A stretch of DNA of 64,000 nt, from positions 186,001 through 250,000 of the forward strand of contig JAXLNO010000573.1 of NCBI GenBank assembly GCA_038087875.1, written 5' to 3'. Shown here in pieces: positions 46,553 to 58,873 of this stretch. Made by a program: the position numbers and the translations under genes. The stretch's first letter is position 1; the number at the start of each line of letters is the position of its first letter. The notes beneath the pieces were generated by a model. It did no database searches. It saw only the letters and a program-made list of their open reading frames with translations, and was not told where the DNA came from. The DNA is from Malacoraja senta. Lineage: Eukaryota.

Positions 46553-48139
46553 AGATTTTAAAACATTCAGCACCTCCTCGACAGTAATATGGACTGTCCT
46601 CAAGACATCACTGTTATCTTTCCCAAATTACCTTGTCTTCATGTCTTTCTACTCAGTAAAACAGAGGAGAAATATTAATTAAAAACCTTGCCCATCCCCT
46701 GTGGCTGTGTAAACAAATAAAATTAACTTTAAAATTAAGAAACCTATCACTGTTAAGGTCAATAGTGAATAATCCTTCATTTAAACCATCTCTCACCGAT
46801 AAAACATATAACCAATGGGAAAGAATGGGAATTAAAAGGATCGGCGATATGTATGAAATGGGAAATCTGTTATCATTTCAACAATTACAATTAAAATTTA
46901 AGCTGAAAAATAGCCAATATTCTAAATACCTTCAGATCTGTGACTTCATGAAGAAATATATACAAAGATATCAAACTTTAACTTTAGATCCACTGGAAGA
47001 AGCAATGAATATTAAGGCTGACACACAGAAATTAATATCATATTTATATAATAATATTTTAAACATAGAACTACCATCGACAGAGGCACTTAGAGAAGAT
47101 TGGGAACGAGAATTAATGATAAAATTCATGAAGGAAACATGGGAAAAGCATTTGATATATATACACAAATGCTCGATTAACGTAAGACATAACTTAATTC
47201 AATTCAAAATTCTACATAGATTATATTATTCAAAAACTAGATTGAATAAATTTTATCCAAATACTTCTCCCATTTGTTTATCTCAAAATGCCACTATAAC
47301 ACACTCTTTTGTTTCCCGCATAAAACCTCATAAATTCTGGAGCGACATCTTTGAAATATTTACAAAATTATTCAAGATAAAAATGGAGCCTAATACTGAA
47401 ATGATTATATTTGGAGTAACGGAAGATGGGAACAAACTGAACACATTTCAAAATTCATTTTTTAATTATGGGTTAATAACGGCAAAAAAACGTATACTTA
47501 ACTTTTGGAAAAATACACCCATACCAACGCTTAAAATGTGGATTTCAAACATGTTGAACACCGCACATTTTGAAGAAATGCGATTCATCCTAACAGACAA
47601 AACAGACGAATTCTTAACGAGTTGGTCTCCATTTATCGATTTCGTGGAAGCATATGGTGCAACAAAATCGTAGAAACCAACTGTTTCAGGACTGGGTGAA
47701 GGATGGTCAAGCATATAAATAACTATCTCCTACAATCTCTTACTCTCTACTCCCTCTTTTTCTCTCTCTTCTTCCCCTCTTTCCTCCCTTTTCCTTTTCA
47801 CACATCTAGACATCACACGCTTTTCTATCTCTTTATTACCTATTCTTTCTTTTTCTCTTTTATTGTTAAGGGAAAAAAAAAATGAAGCTGTACATAAATT
47901 GTAACATGTCAATATATATAAGGCACCTTGGTGCCACATTATTGTACTTCTAATAAAATAAAATAAAATATATATATATATATAGAGATTTTAAAACATT
48001 CAGCACCTCCTCGACAGTAATATGGACTGTCCTCAAGACATCACTGTTATCTTTCCCACATTACCTTGTCTTCATGTCTTTCTACTCAGTAAAACAGAGG
48101 AGAAATATTAATTAAAAACCTTGCCCATCCCCTGTGGCT
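46553..48139 (+). repeat. 154-bp direct duplication flanking the L1 (46553-46706 and 47986-48139)
   Basis: agattttaaaacattcagc...cccatcccctgtggct present twice; one difference seen (cccAaatta / cccAcatta). Confidence 0.93.
46707..47985 (+). mobile_element. 5'-truncated L1 (ORF2 C-terminal third, 46765..47673), related to the L1 at 1-3358
   Basis: NNPSF, LLSFQQLQ, HKCSINVRH.LIQFKILHRLYYSKT shared with the first L1; same tgtacttctaataaa end; (TA)n tail. Confidence 0.92.
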
Positions 48140-48302
48140 CCACACAGAGATGTCTGCTTTGATTTCTGAGGGGCCCTATTTTCTCTTCAGTTATCCTTAT
48201 TCCCTTAATATACAGATAATATCTCTTTGGATTCTCCTTAATCTTAAGCTGCCAAAGCTGTTGTGCCCCCTTTTTGCCCTCCTGATTTCCTTTTTAAGTA
48301 TA

Positions 48303-48386
48303 GAGGCAAGGAACTGCAGATGCTGGTTTACATAAAAGGACACAAAGGGCTTATGTCCCACTGAGTTACTCCAGCACTTTGTGTTC
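48303..48386. repeat. Short fold-back Penelope-derived insertion
   Basis: ggaactgcagatgctggtttac..gacacaaag / ctgagttactccagcactttgtgt; TSD TTAAGTATA at 48294-48302 and 48387-48395. Confidence 0.7.
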
Positions 48387-48539
48387 TTAAGTATACTCCT
48401 CAATCCCCTGTAGTTTCACAGGAATGCATGATCCCAGCTGCCTTTACCTGACCCATGCCTCCTTTGTTCTCCTCGCCAAACCTTCAATTTCTCACACCAT
48501 CCAGGCTTCCTTACTCCCACCTTCTTTGGCCTTTAGTTT

Positions 48540-48862
48540 CCACTGGTGGGTGTCTAGGACCAGAGGTCAGAGCCTCAGAATAAAAGGATGCACCTTCAGA
48601 AAGGAGGTGAGCAGGAATTTATTTTGTTAGAGGGTGGTGAATCTGTAGAGTTCATTGCCACAGGTGGCTATGACGGCCAAGTCACTGGATATTTTTAAGG
48701 TGGAGATTGCCAGATTCTTGATTGGTAAGGGTGTCGGGGCTTATGGGGAGAAGGCAGGAGAATGGGTTTGAGAGGAAAAGATAGATCAGACATGATTGAA
48801 TGGTGGAGCAGACGTTATGAGCCGAATGGCCTAATTCTGCTCTTTTAACACGAATATGAACT
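48540..48862 (+). mobile_element. CR1 3' fragment
   Basis: SRTRGQSLRIKG..NLFC, gtggtgaatctg, ggggagaaggcaggagaatgg 3' UTR. Confidence 0.72.
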
Positions 48863-50167
48863 TTACTCTAACAGGGACATGCATACCTTGAGGTCTCACT
48901 ATCACACTTTTTTTTTTTTAAAGCATCCCACTTTCCAGACATTCCTTTGCCCACAAACTACCTATTCCAGCCAACTTTTGCAAGTTATTGTCTAATACCA
49001 TCAATGTTGGCCTTGCCCCAATTTAGATCTTTAATGTGGACCAGACCTATCCTTGTCCATAACTATTTTAAAGTTAATAGAACTGTGGTCACTACTTCCA
49101 AGATGCTCAGCCACTGTCACTTCAGTCAATTGCCCTGCCCTATTCCCTAAGAGTAGGTGAATCTTAGCCCTCTCTTTTGTGCGGCCCACTAGGAGTAATC
49201 TGGAGATTACTACCCTTGAGGTCCTACTTTTTTACTTTGTCCAAATCCCTATATTCACTCTGCAAGACCACATCTTTATTCCTATCTAAGCCAATTGTGC
49301 TAACAAGGACAACAACCTCTGACTGCTCACTCTCCCCTTGAGAATGTTATACAGCTGCTCTGAGACATCCTGGACCCTGCACCATGGAGGCAACACACCA
49401 TCCTAGTCTCCCTTTTCGGCCACAGATTCTCCCGTCTGATCCTTTTCTTTTTTTATCTTTCATTTTGCCATAGATTTTTGCAGAATCTTCTACAACTGCT
49501 TCTTCTTTCTGCTCAGTTTTGAAATCAATTTTCAAGGATTTGGGTATAAATATCAGAAATACCCCCCTGGATAAAGATAATATTTTGCTTTCTCAATTAC
49601 TTCCTATCTTGCAATTGCAGTGTTTCCGTCACTGGTGATCAGCACTATCAAATATTTGGGAAGCTGCTTCATCTTATTAATCATTCGAATGCCTTTTTTT
49701 TTTTTCCCCCAATTGCTTTTGAAATACTTATTTCAAACAATTGCTTGCAGTTTTTGTTTATCAAGCGTCTAGCTGTTAAAACTGTTTGCATTTTTTGGAT
49801 TCGGGCCTGGTGCAGCAATGAGAATCCAAAAGCAAAGGCAAGTTACAGAGTAATGGCATCATTCTAAAAAGACATGATTTACATTTCAGTTGTGCAACTT
49901 CTTTCTTCCTCCCAGGAGGATCAACCATTCAGAACACATTACCCTCGGTCAACTAGTGTTTCAATGGTCCTACAATGTCTAATCAACCAATTATCAGCCT
50001 GCAGGACAAAATTTCACATCGATCAATTTAGCTCTCTCACATGGCCCTGGATTAGTTCTTTGCCAGGGGTGCATTGTGGCCCTCGTCTCACATCATAATC
50101 CCCACTATTGAACAACAACATCTGTTACCCTCCCTCTGCAGTAAGGGAGCCAAAAACATATTTCTTC

Positions 50168-50262
50168 CAGAAGGGTCTCAACCCAAAACGTCACCCATTC
50201 CATCTCCCCTGAGATACTGCCTGTCCCGCTGAGTTACTCCTGCAATTTGTGTCTCTCTTCAA
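50168..50262 (+). repeat. Penelope-type terminal repeat
   Basis: gaagggtctcaacccaaaacgtcaccc..ctgagttactcc..tgtgtctctct. Confidence 0.68.
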
Positions 50263-50892
50263 TCCCTTTTTGATGCTGGAGAGACATCCAAATCTTCACT
50301 TTAAATATTTGCATTACAGTAGCCTTTGATTTTTGCAAAATGTCTTGTGAAATAGTCTTGCACACCATGTTTCAATGGTCTGTAAGATTGTCTTGACAGT
50401 GGTTCCGCTGACACCAGTAAAAGCTTTGCCTCCTGCTGTGGTCAGGACAATTCTCACAATCAGACACAGTAACGTCCTTATCTCCCTTTATCCAGGGACA
50501 TCTATCTCGGAACGAAGAAAGGATAGCTCTGCCATCCCACAGCAACAATGCAGGCTCTTAGCTATTCATCATCCATCTACAAAGATGACCCCTCCTTCTT
50601 GGTGCAAACTTCTGTGTAAACCACCCTCAATTTCCCAGACACTTTCCACTGCATACCTACGCTCTCCGACTAATGTTAAGGCAAGTTGCTAGTTTGGGGC
50701 CAGTCATAATTTCCACTTCAGATTATTTGACACCTTCCTAATATAATTATCGGTCTGACAATGTGATTTTGCCTTTTCACAAAATAATGATACAGGAGAA
50801 ATTAATGGGACCAAAATCTGACAAATACTCTGTGTATGAAAACCAACCACCTGGGATTTTAAAAAGAACCATTTATGGATAGACATTGCAAC

Positions 50893-51123
50893 AAGAGATA
50901 CAAGGAATCATAGATGCTGGTTCATACAAAAAAAAGACACAAAGCACTGCATTAATTCAATGGATCAGGCATCATCTCTGAAGAACATGGATAGGTGATG
51001 TTTTGGGTCGAGACCCTTCTTCAGGTTGTCATTCAGACTAAAGAAGGGTCCTGATTCAAAACTTCACCTATTCATGTTCTCCAGAGATTCTGCTTAATTA
51101 CTGCAGCACTTTGTGTATTTTTT
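50893..51123. repeat. Fold-back Penelope-derived element with two decayed hammerhead-like cores back to back
   Basis: gggtcgagacccttcttcag (minus) then ctaaagaagggtcc (plus), with complementary arms. Confidence 0.68.
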
Positions 51124-51139
51124 GGCATTGTATTAGGTC

Positions 51140-52390
51140 TTTTTTTCCAGAATTCCCCAGATTTCAGAATGGCCACTGTCAATTGAGAAGTGACAAAGTT
51201 AACCTCTGTAAACAAGAAAGGTAGAGACTAAAAGTAGGAAAGAACAGTAATCATCAGAAGAGACAATAGTCGGAAATGTTACCAAGGAAATCATAACATC
51301 ACTGACAAAGGAAACGTGTTTGATGAAACTGTGAGAACATTTTCGAGTCTTTATATTCAAGGATTAGCAAACAGAACAAAATATTGGGTTTTAAGAAAGC
51401 ATTTGGTAAGCACAATACAATCATTAAGGATCATGGGATTAAGGAAATTGTATTAGGATGGATTGAGGATTCTTTAACAGACTAAAAATGAAGAGAAAAG
51501 ATAGTTGGAATAACTGGGTCATTGCCGGGCTGACAGGCTGTTACTAGTGAAGTGCCTCAAGGATCAGTGCTTGGGCCTCAGCCATTTACTATCTACAGTA
51601 TATCAATAGCAGGAGCAAGGGCCATGTATTTTGTATCCTGGTTTGCTGATGGTACAAAATTCAAATGGGAAAGGCCATCCTGAGGAGGCTGCAAACAAAT
51701 GTAGACATATTAAGAAAATGAGCAAGACCATGACAATTGGAAAATATTGTGGAGAAATGTGAATTTGTTCACTTTAGTGGGGAAAAACAGAAGATATTTG
51801 TTTCAATGCTGGGAGAGTGTGCAATTACACGTTCAGATGGACTAAGGCGTTTGTGTATACAAGTTAACTTGCAGGTATAACAAGCAATTAGGAAAGCATT
51901 GGTGTATTAGCTTTTGTTCTAAAGAAATTAGGTTACACAAAATCAAGTATAACATCAACTATAAAATATCTTTGTGAGACCACACCTGCAGCACAGTACA
52001 CAGTTTTGGTGTCCTATTTAAGGAAGGATATGTTTGCGTTACACAGATTACACGAGGCATATACTTAAAGGAATTTAGAAAAATGTGAAGTGGTGTTACT
52101 GATGGATAATATTCTTATAAGGCTTGACTAGGTAAGTGATGGGAGAATATTTCCTCTGACTGAAAGTTTATAGCTGCCATCATTAATCACATAATAAAGG
52201 GTCAGACAAGGGGAAAAAATGCTTAATTCGAAGGGTTGTGAATCTTTGAAATCCTCCATCACTGTGTTTACAGTGAATTAAGAGATCTGGTGATGTTGCT
52301 GGAAGATAAAGTTCAGATTAATGATTTTATTGAATGGTGAGGCTGAATTGAGAGGGTAAATGAACACCTTATGCTGCATATCATACACTT
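51140..52390 (+). mobile_element. Old decayed CR1
   Basis: gtgcctcaaggatcagtgcttgggcctcag (VPQGSVLGPQ), tttgctgatg, gtgagaccacacctg. Confidence 0.65.
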
Positions 52391-54894
52391 ATATGCATTG
52401 ACATGGCTGATTCTTAACTATCTTTAAAACCACCCAGCAAGCATCCAATTGTTGCAAATGACCATAAACATAATTGGTGTGTGATTCAGATATAAAAAAG
52501 ACATACTCAACCCAATGGGGTCAACAGCTGGGACTTTTTCAAAGTTTAAAGACACCAGTCAACCAATAGTCTGAACTAATCATTTTTGCAGACCAATAGC
52601 TATCAGCTAATATTCTAGATTCTTCCATCAGCATTGTTGGGTATGTCCAGACCCACCAGCTGCCTAGACTTATGAGTGGTAGTCACAGAGTGATTTATCA
52701 TTGGGAGTTTGTGACTCCAAGAGTCATCAGAATTGACTTTGATGCCATAAAATTAAATGGAATCAGGGCAATCATGGTCAAGGTAACCTGCTACTGATTA
52801 CCACCATCAGCTGATAAACAAATACTCCAGTATTTAGAAAAGTAATGAGGGCACCAAAGGTAGACAAGTTACTCTGAATGAAGGACGGCAATGATCGTAA
52901 CCAAGCTGCTCGTAAATCCTGCCACCAAATGAGTTGGCTAAATGATTAGGAAGAGATCCAACATGTAGGAAAGACCTTGCAGCTTCTTCTCAACAATCCC
53001 CCCTTGTTGTTGAAGAAACTCATCTAATTCCTCTCTCTGTAGTTGTGATGAAGGGACTCTGATCTAAAACATGAACTCTATTTCTCTTTCCTCAGATGGT
53101 GCTTGATATGTTGAGTGTTTCCAGTATTTTCGCTATTTATTCCTCTCTCCATTCTTTAATTTTTACAAAATCCTCGCACCCAAACCGCTTGCTGACCTAT
53201 GTTGGCTTTGGGTTAAGAAATCTTTCATTTTTAAATCCTCATTATTATTTTTAAATCCAATAATGGGATCACATTTCCCTAACTTTGTAATATGAGAAAT
53301 CTATTGTTGTACAGTGGGAGAAATTGGTAACGGCCCTTCGTTTTGTGTCAAGTGTATGACTGGTATTCTCATATTTCAGTGAATGAGTCGACAATGGCTT
53401 GAAGTTCGACCTCTGAATGAGAGTGTTTGCAATTGATGATACCTGCACTTGGGCAGATGTTGGTGGAAAACAGAAGGGCGGGGGAAAATAGGAAGGACAG
53501 CCAAGAGCAAGGACATACTGAGGAGGCAAAGCAACAGGATTCCGGAGAGGCAGATTGAGTATAATGTTAAAGGGTGGGGGAAACAATGAATGGAGAGGGA
53601 TTGAGGGTCAAGAAGCGGGTTTTGCACACTAATCTTATGTGGAGCTGTATCAAAAATGTTCTAAAAGACTAAATACATTTCACTCTTCTTAATTTAGTTT
53701 AGAGATAGAAATAGGCCCTTTTGGCCCCCCGAGTCCATGCCTGCTGTCGATGAACCGTTCTATGTTATCCCACACCTTACATATTAGGGCTAATTTAAAG
53801 TGGTCAATTAATGTATATCTTGTTTATTTTTTTAGATCCTCATAAAAACTCCAATATGTTTTTTGTCTGAGGTCTCTTTCATAAATCCATTTAAATTTTT
53901 TCATATCCCACTTATATTTTCCACATTCTGCTACCACAACTTTCATATTAGATTCCAGTACTTTTCTCGCTACTAGTATTAGGCTTAGTGCTTGATCCAT
54001 TGGTTAGGCTTGATCTGTAATTCCCCCTTATTTTTCCTTATATTAAATAATGAGGATACATTTGACACCCTCCGAACTGTGGCAGGAGATCAAGGAGGTC
54101 TTTCGGCGGATGTACATGAGGTTGAGACGCAGAATCAGCAAAGATATTGGCAAGGAGCTTCTTCACCTCAATTTTTACACCATTTGTCCATAAACAACCA
54201 CCACTGCCATTAGCCTTGCTGTGTTTTTGACGTTTTTGATTCTGGTCGCTACTTTTAGGCAGGGCTTTTAGATATGAAAAAAAAAATGGCTAACAGAGTC
54301 AGGGGATATGGTGAAAAAGCAGGAATGCGGTACTGATTGTGGATGATCAGCCATGATCATATTGATCATAATGAAGGGCCGAATGACCTACACCTGTACC
54401 TATTTTCTATGTTTCTATGTCTCTAAATGAGAGTGAAAGACACTTGAGGAAGGGGAGGGAGGGGCAGGTGGGAAAATAAAGGATTTACTTTTGAAATCTT
54501 CAAAGATAATTAATTTTCTGGAGCCAGTTTAGATTTTACCTGCAGCACAAGGAAAGCAATGTCACACCTTTCAATTATTTCATACGAGGGAGTCAATAAG
54601 ATGTCATCCTCAAACACTGAAGGCAAAGTGACCCATCTGCAATTTGCCCTTGCCTGAAGTTGCTACCACCCAATGCATAAATAATACCCAGCACCATTGG
54701 GATCACATTCATGTTGACAGCAAATTAGATTTCTCTGTGAAAACTGCTGAGAATTTAAATGAGGCTTCAAGGGAGTGATTTCCTTGATTCTGTGCTTAAA
54801 GGAGGAAAACTAGATCCATACGGGGAAGGCAATGAGTATGGCAAGAGAATATAGTGCACAGGCAGCATTTTATCCATATATAGCTGTGAAGATT

Positions 54895-55242
54895 TCATAG
54901 AGTCAGAGAGGCAGAGTCACACAGCACGGAAACAGGGCCTTCAGTCCACCAGATTGTACACTAATCTTATTTTATTTTCCCCACATTCCCATCAATTATT
55001 CCCAGATTCTACCGTTCACCCACACACGAGGGGGAGTTTTCAGTGGCCAATTAACCTGCTCACCTGCACGTTGTGATGTGTTTTTGGGATGTGGAAGGAA
55101 ACCGGAGCACCAGGATGAAACCCACATGGTCACAGGAAGAATGTGCAATCTCCATGCAGACAGTGCCCGAGGTTAGGATTGAACCCAGGTCACTGGCAGC
55201 TGTGATGCACCAGTTCCTTTGGCTGCATCTCTCTGCTGCCCT
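54895..55242 (-). mobile_element. HE1-like SINE
   Basis: gtggaaggaaaccggagcacc core, aggattgaacccagg reverse box B. Confidence 0.72.
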
Positions 55243-56784
55243 AAATCTATCTAGCTTTATTATAGAGGTAGTGACAGCAAAACTAACCCACTGGGAATTA
55301 TATACCAGTTGTCACTATGTCAGGATGTCCAAACTGCTTTACAGTTGATGAGGTATTTTTTGAGATGTAGTCACAGTGGTATTTAGGAAAAAAATGGAAG
55401 GATGTGTTTTCTTTAAAAAAACTGGCATCAGGACAGAGATATGCCAGCTGTTGAAATCTATCTTGCCATCTCTTTTCACCAAGGGCACAGACTTGTCTGT
55501 GGCTAAGCAGGTGACAGCAATGCTTGCTATTCATGCACCTAATCCCTGCAGTAACAACATTCACATCATTCAGCATTTCTTCACTGCATTAGGCAGGGCG
55601 CAAATGATCTATTCAAGCACAACCCTGAATCTATCCAGTTCCACATGGATTCGATAAAGCAGAAAATGAGAACTAGCCAAAAGCTTCTTCTAAGTTCCTG
55701 ACTTTCTGCATCTGCAGGGTTCCTATTAATGTGCTCCATATGGGATCAAAGGCCTGGTGTGAAATGTTATCATTTTCCTAATAGCATTGGACTTAACCAT
55801 TGATGTTCTGATATGAAGTAATGTAAGCATCTCTTTCAGCATTCCAGCAAATACTAAAGTGGGAGTTGTCATGATTTATTTATTCTCATAGGATCGTTGG
55901 AACTCTACATCACACAAGGCGAGTGTTTGGACTCTGGTGACTGTGCCAGCTGAATAAGAGCTAATCCAATCCCCCCCGCTCCCCATCCAACACCAGGATC
56001 ACAGCTGTTCAAGTACATTTTCAAGTACTGTTTAAGTAAGCATAAACCATTCTTTCAAGCAACAAGTGCAAGAATCTTACCACTGCACGAGTGAGAGATG
56101 ATTTTGAAATCTCCCCTCTCATCTTTCTACCAACTACATTTAGTTTAAGCCTTCCTTTTTCACCCTTTTGCTAACAGAAATTGTCCCTTGTGATTTCTCT
56201 ATCTAGAACTCTTGTTCTCTGACACACCTCAGCCTCCTCTGTTCCAAAAATATAACCCTTTCTCCAGATGACAATTCCTGTCCTTCTCCAAAATAAATGT
56301 CTTTCTACTCAGGGAATACTTTTAAACAGGATGACTGGGAAATGGTTCTTCATGTTTAAGTGTTTCTGTTTGTTTCCTTGCAGAACAGAAAGTAATTAAG
56401 AACATGTTTTCATTATTGGCTCGCACTTTAAAAAAAAACTTTGTAAGGCATCATTGGTTTGTGTAATACTTAGTATATACTGTGATTTGGCACTTTGAGT
56501 AGTCCAGGTAAATGTGCACAGAGACAGGTAGTTCATCAGTCTTGCTGTGCTCTGTGTGAGCAAGTCTTTCAACAACCAGACCTGGTATTGAATCAAGCCC
56601 ACTACGATGAATGAGTTTTGTTTCTCTCTGTGAATGCAATTCGTTGAATGAATTGTGTTTGAGCATTCTCTGTTTTCTTTCTAATATCCTTTCGGTGACA
56701 GCAAACAATGGCTCTATAATTTATCACAAATAAACTCAAACCAATAATATAACCTCAGATCATCTATCCTTCTTGCTATACTTT

Positions 56785-57705
56785 TCAAGCCCAGACCATC
56801 ACACAAACTAACCTCCCTTCCATTGCCTCCATTTTACACCTCACGCTGCCTTGGCAAGGCCACCAACATAATCAAAGACGAGTCGCCCACAAGTTCCCAG
56901 GAGGCTGCGGCGGCAGATGTCTCCCGGGAGGCCGTGGAGCAGCCGGGCGGTGAAGCCCCCCTGGTCCAATGGAGCCTCGCGGCAGCGATGAGGCCTCGGT
57001 GGCAGCGGTGGAACCTCGGTAGCGGTGGAGCCTCGGAGGCGGTGGAGCCTCGGTGGCGGTGGTGTAGCCTCGCGGGTTGACCCCCGGTTGGCGGTCGGTG
57101 AGGGCTCAGGGGAACTACCTTGACGGGGTCGGGAGAAAAACAATGGAGGACCAGGTAGGGGACCGCAGTGAGGGAGGGGGAGGGGGGGAGAACAAATAGG
57201 TACCCATAGCGGGGAAGGGGGGGAAAACAATGGAGGAGCCGGTGTGGGTATTTTGTAACTTTGTGAGCCGTATATGTGGCGACTATATGTATACCTTGGG
57301 TATGCAAGCAAAGAATTTCACTGAGCATTGTCAAAATATTCCATTCCATCCTATCCCACCCCACCATTCCCTTTTCTCACATCAGGCATGAGGTATAGAT
57401 GTGGGAAAGTGCACACCTCCAGATTCAGAGACAGTTTCTTCCCAGCTATTATGAGGCAACTGAATCATCCTACCAACAACTAGAGAGCAGTTCAGAGCTA
57501 CTATCTACCTCATTGGATACCCTTGGACTATATTTGATCTGACTAAATCTTGCACTAAACGTTATTCACGTTATTCCCTTTATCATGTATTTAAACACTG
57601 TGGATGGCTCAAATGTAATCATGTAATGTCTTTCTGCTAACTAGTTAGACAGCAACAAAAGCTTTTCACTATACCGTGGTACACATGACAATAAATTTAA
57701 CTCAA
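56785..57705 (+). mobile_element. Rex1/Babar-type 3' fragment interrupted by a GC-rich insert (~56890-57350)
   Basis: FYTSRCLGKATNIIKDES, then after the insert PFSHIRHEV/SGMRY..TSRFRDSFFPAIMRQLN; 3' UTR homologous to 25592-25871. Confidence 0.7.
56890..57350 (+). mobile_element. GC-rich non-autonomous retroposon with ~17-20-bp tandem repeats and (cattc)n tail
   Basis: ggagcctcggtggcggt-like units 56970-57075; 3' part resembles 61680-61797. Confidence 0.55.
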
Positions 57706-58873
57706 ACACAGTTCTGGCAACGCCTTTGTAAATCGTCTTTGCCTTTCTCCAGTACAATCATTTATTTCCTCTAATGTTGTGACTAGGAATGTGCAGGGCA
57801 CTTAACCTGTGAATTAAGTGTTGTTTACACTCCTGGCATAACCTCCCTCCTCTTATATTCTGCGTCTTGGGGAATACAGAAAAATATCCTGTATGCCTTT
57901 TCAACCACCTAAGTGCCTTGCCCCGCTTCCATTAAGGATTTGTGAGTGTGCAATGCTCAATGTTTTCCCACAAGGACTGGACCACCAGGTGAAAGTGAAT
58001 ATTCCGGCAGGTGAAACTACACTTGCCCCCATCTGTGAAAGAAGCTGTACTTCCCACATTGACCTCATTAGTTACCTTCCAACACACAAAACTAGAGTGG
58101 AAGTAAGTCATCCTCAGTCCCAAAGGACTGCCTAAGAAGAATTTACACAAAGGTACATGCATGCATCAGCAGAGAGGTTGCACTCCAAAGGCAAATACCT
58201 CTCTTCCCCTTCCTGTTTAAAGAAAAGCTATTTCCTCAACATTCCCTGCTAATGCCTTTCAGCTCACTTCACTTCCACAATGTGCAAACATATTCAGCTT
58301 CTCCTGCAAAAACTCACTAATATTTCCATCTTTTCCATGCTCCAATGGCTGCTTCCTGCACAGAGATCCCTGCACAGCAAGATCCTTGTCCTGAATTTCC
58401 AGTTGTAATATAAAACCGCAGAAGCAAGTAATTATTTACTCTAATACTGAGGAAAAGAATTGAAGACTTGAAATTATCGGTTTACGAGTCAAGATGTCAA
58501 GGATCTAGTTTTAGAGAGGTACAGATTCGTAGGTTTAAAAAATTGTTTGTGATAAGGATGTTGGTGGAGCAATTGTCAATAAATAGGAGTCTGACGCAAG
58601 TCACCATGGTATCCAGATATTCCATGCAAGAGTGTATGCCCAGGGAGAAGGCATTTGTCCTTGGTCTGTTTTGACAATAGCGAATTGCCGTGAAATGTAG
58701 GCTGTCTGGGAATATGTATGAATCCTCCAACATCATGCCTAAAAAGTATAGGTTTGTGGTGTTAAATGGGTAAACATCCTGAAATCACCCAGTTGAGGAC
58801 GGATCTCCTGTTATTTTCCTTATCACATATTTTAAACAAATGTCTTTCATAAACTGAGCACATGCTATAGTTA

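Larger units (their letters stand above)
44872..49440 (-). mobile_element. Long decayed CR1 including ORF1 esterase (SGNH-like) remnant; hosts an L1, a CR1 tail and two fold-back inserts
   Basis: Minus strand: RMVCCLHGA..QDVSEQL..RTSRVVIS (49180-49420), VQHGFVCG..LTNLIEFFE (46101-46343), LERVQRRFTR (45376-45606), ctctatga tail ~44880. Confidence 0.72.
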
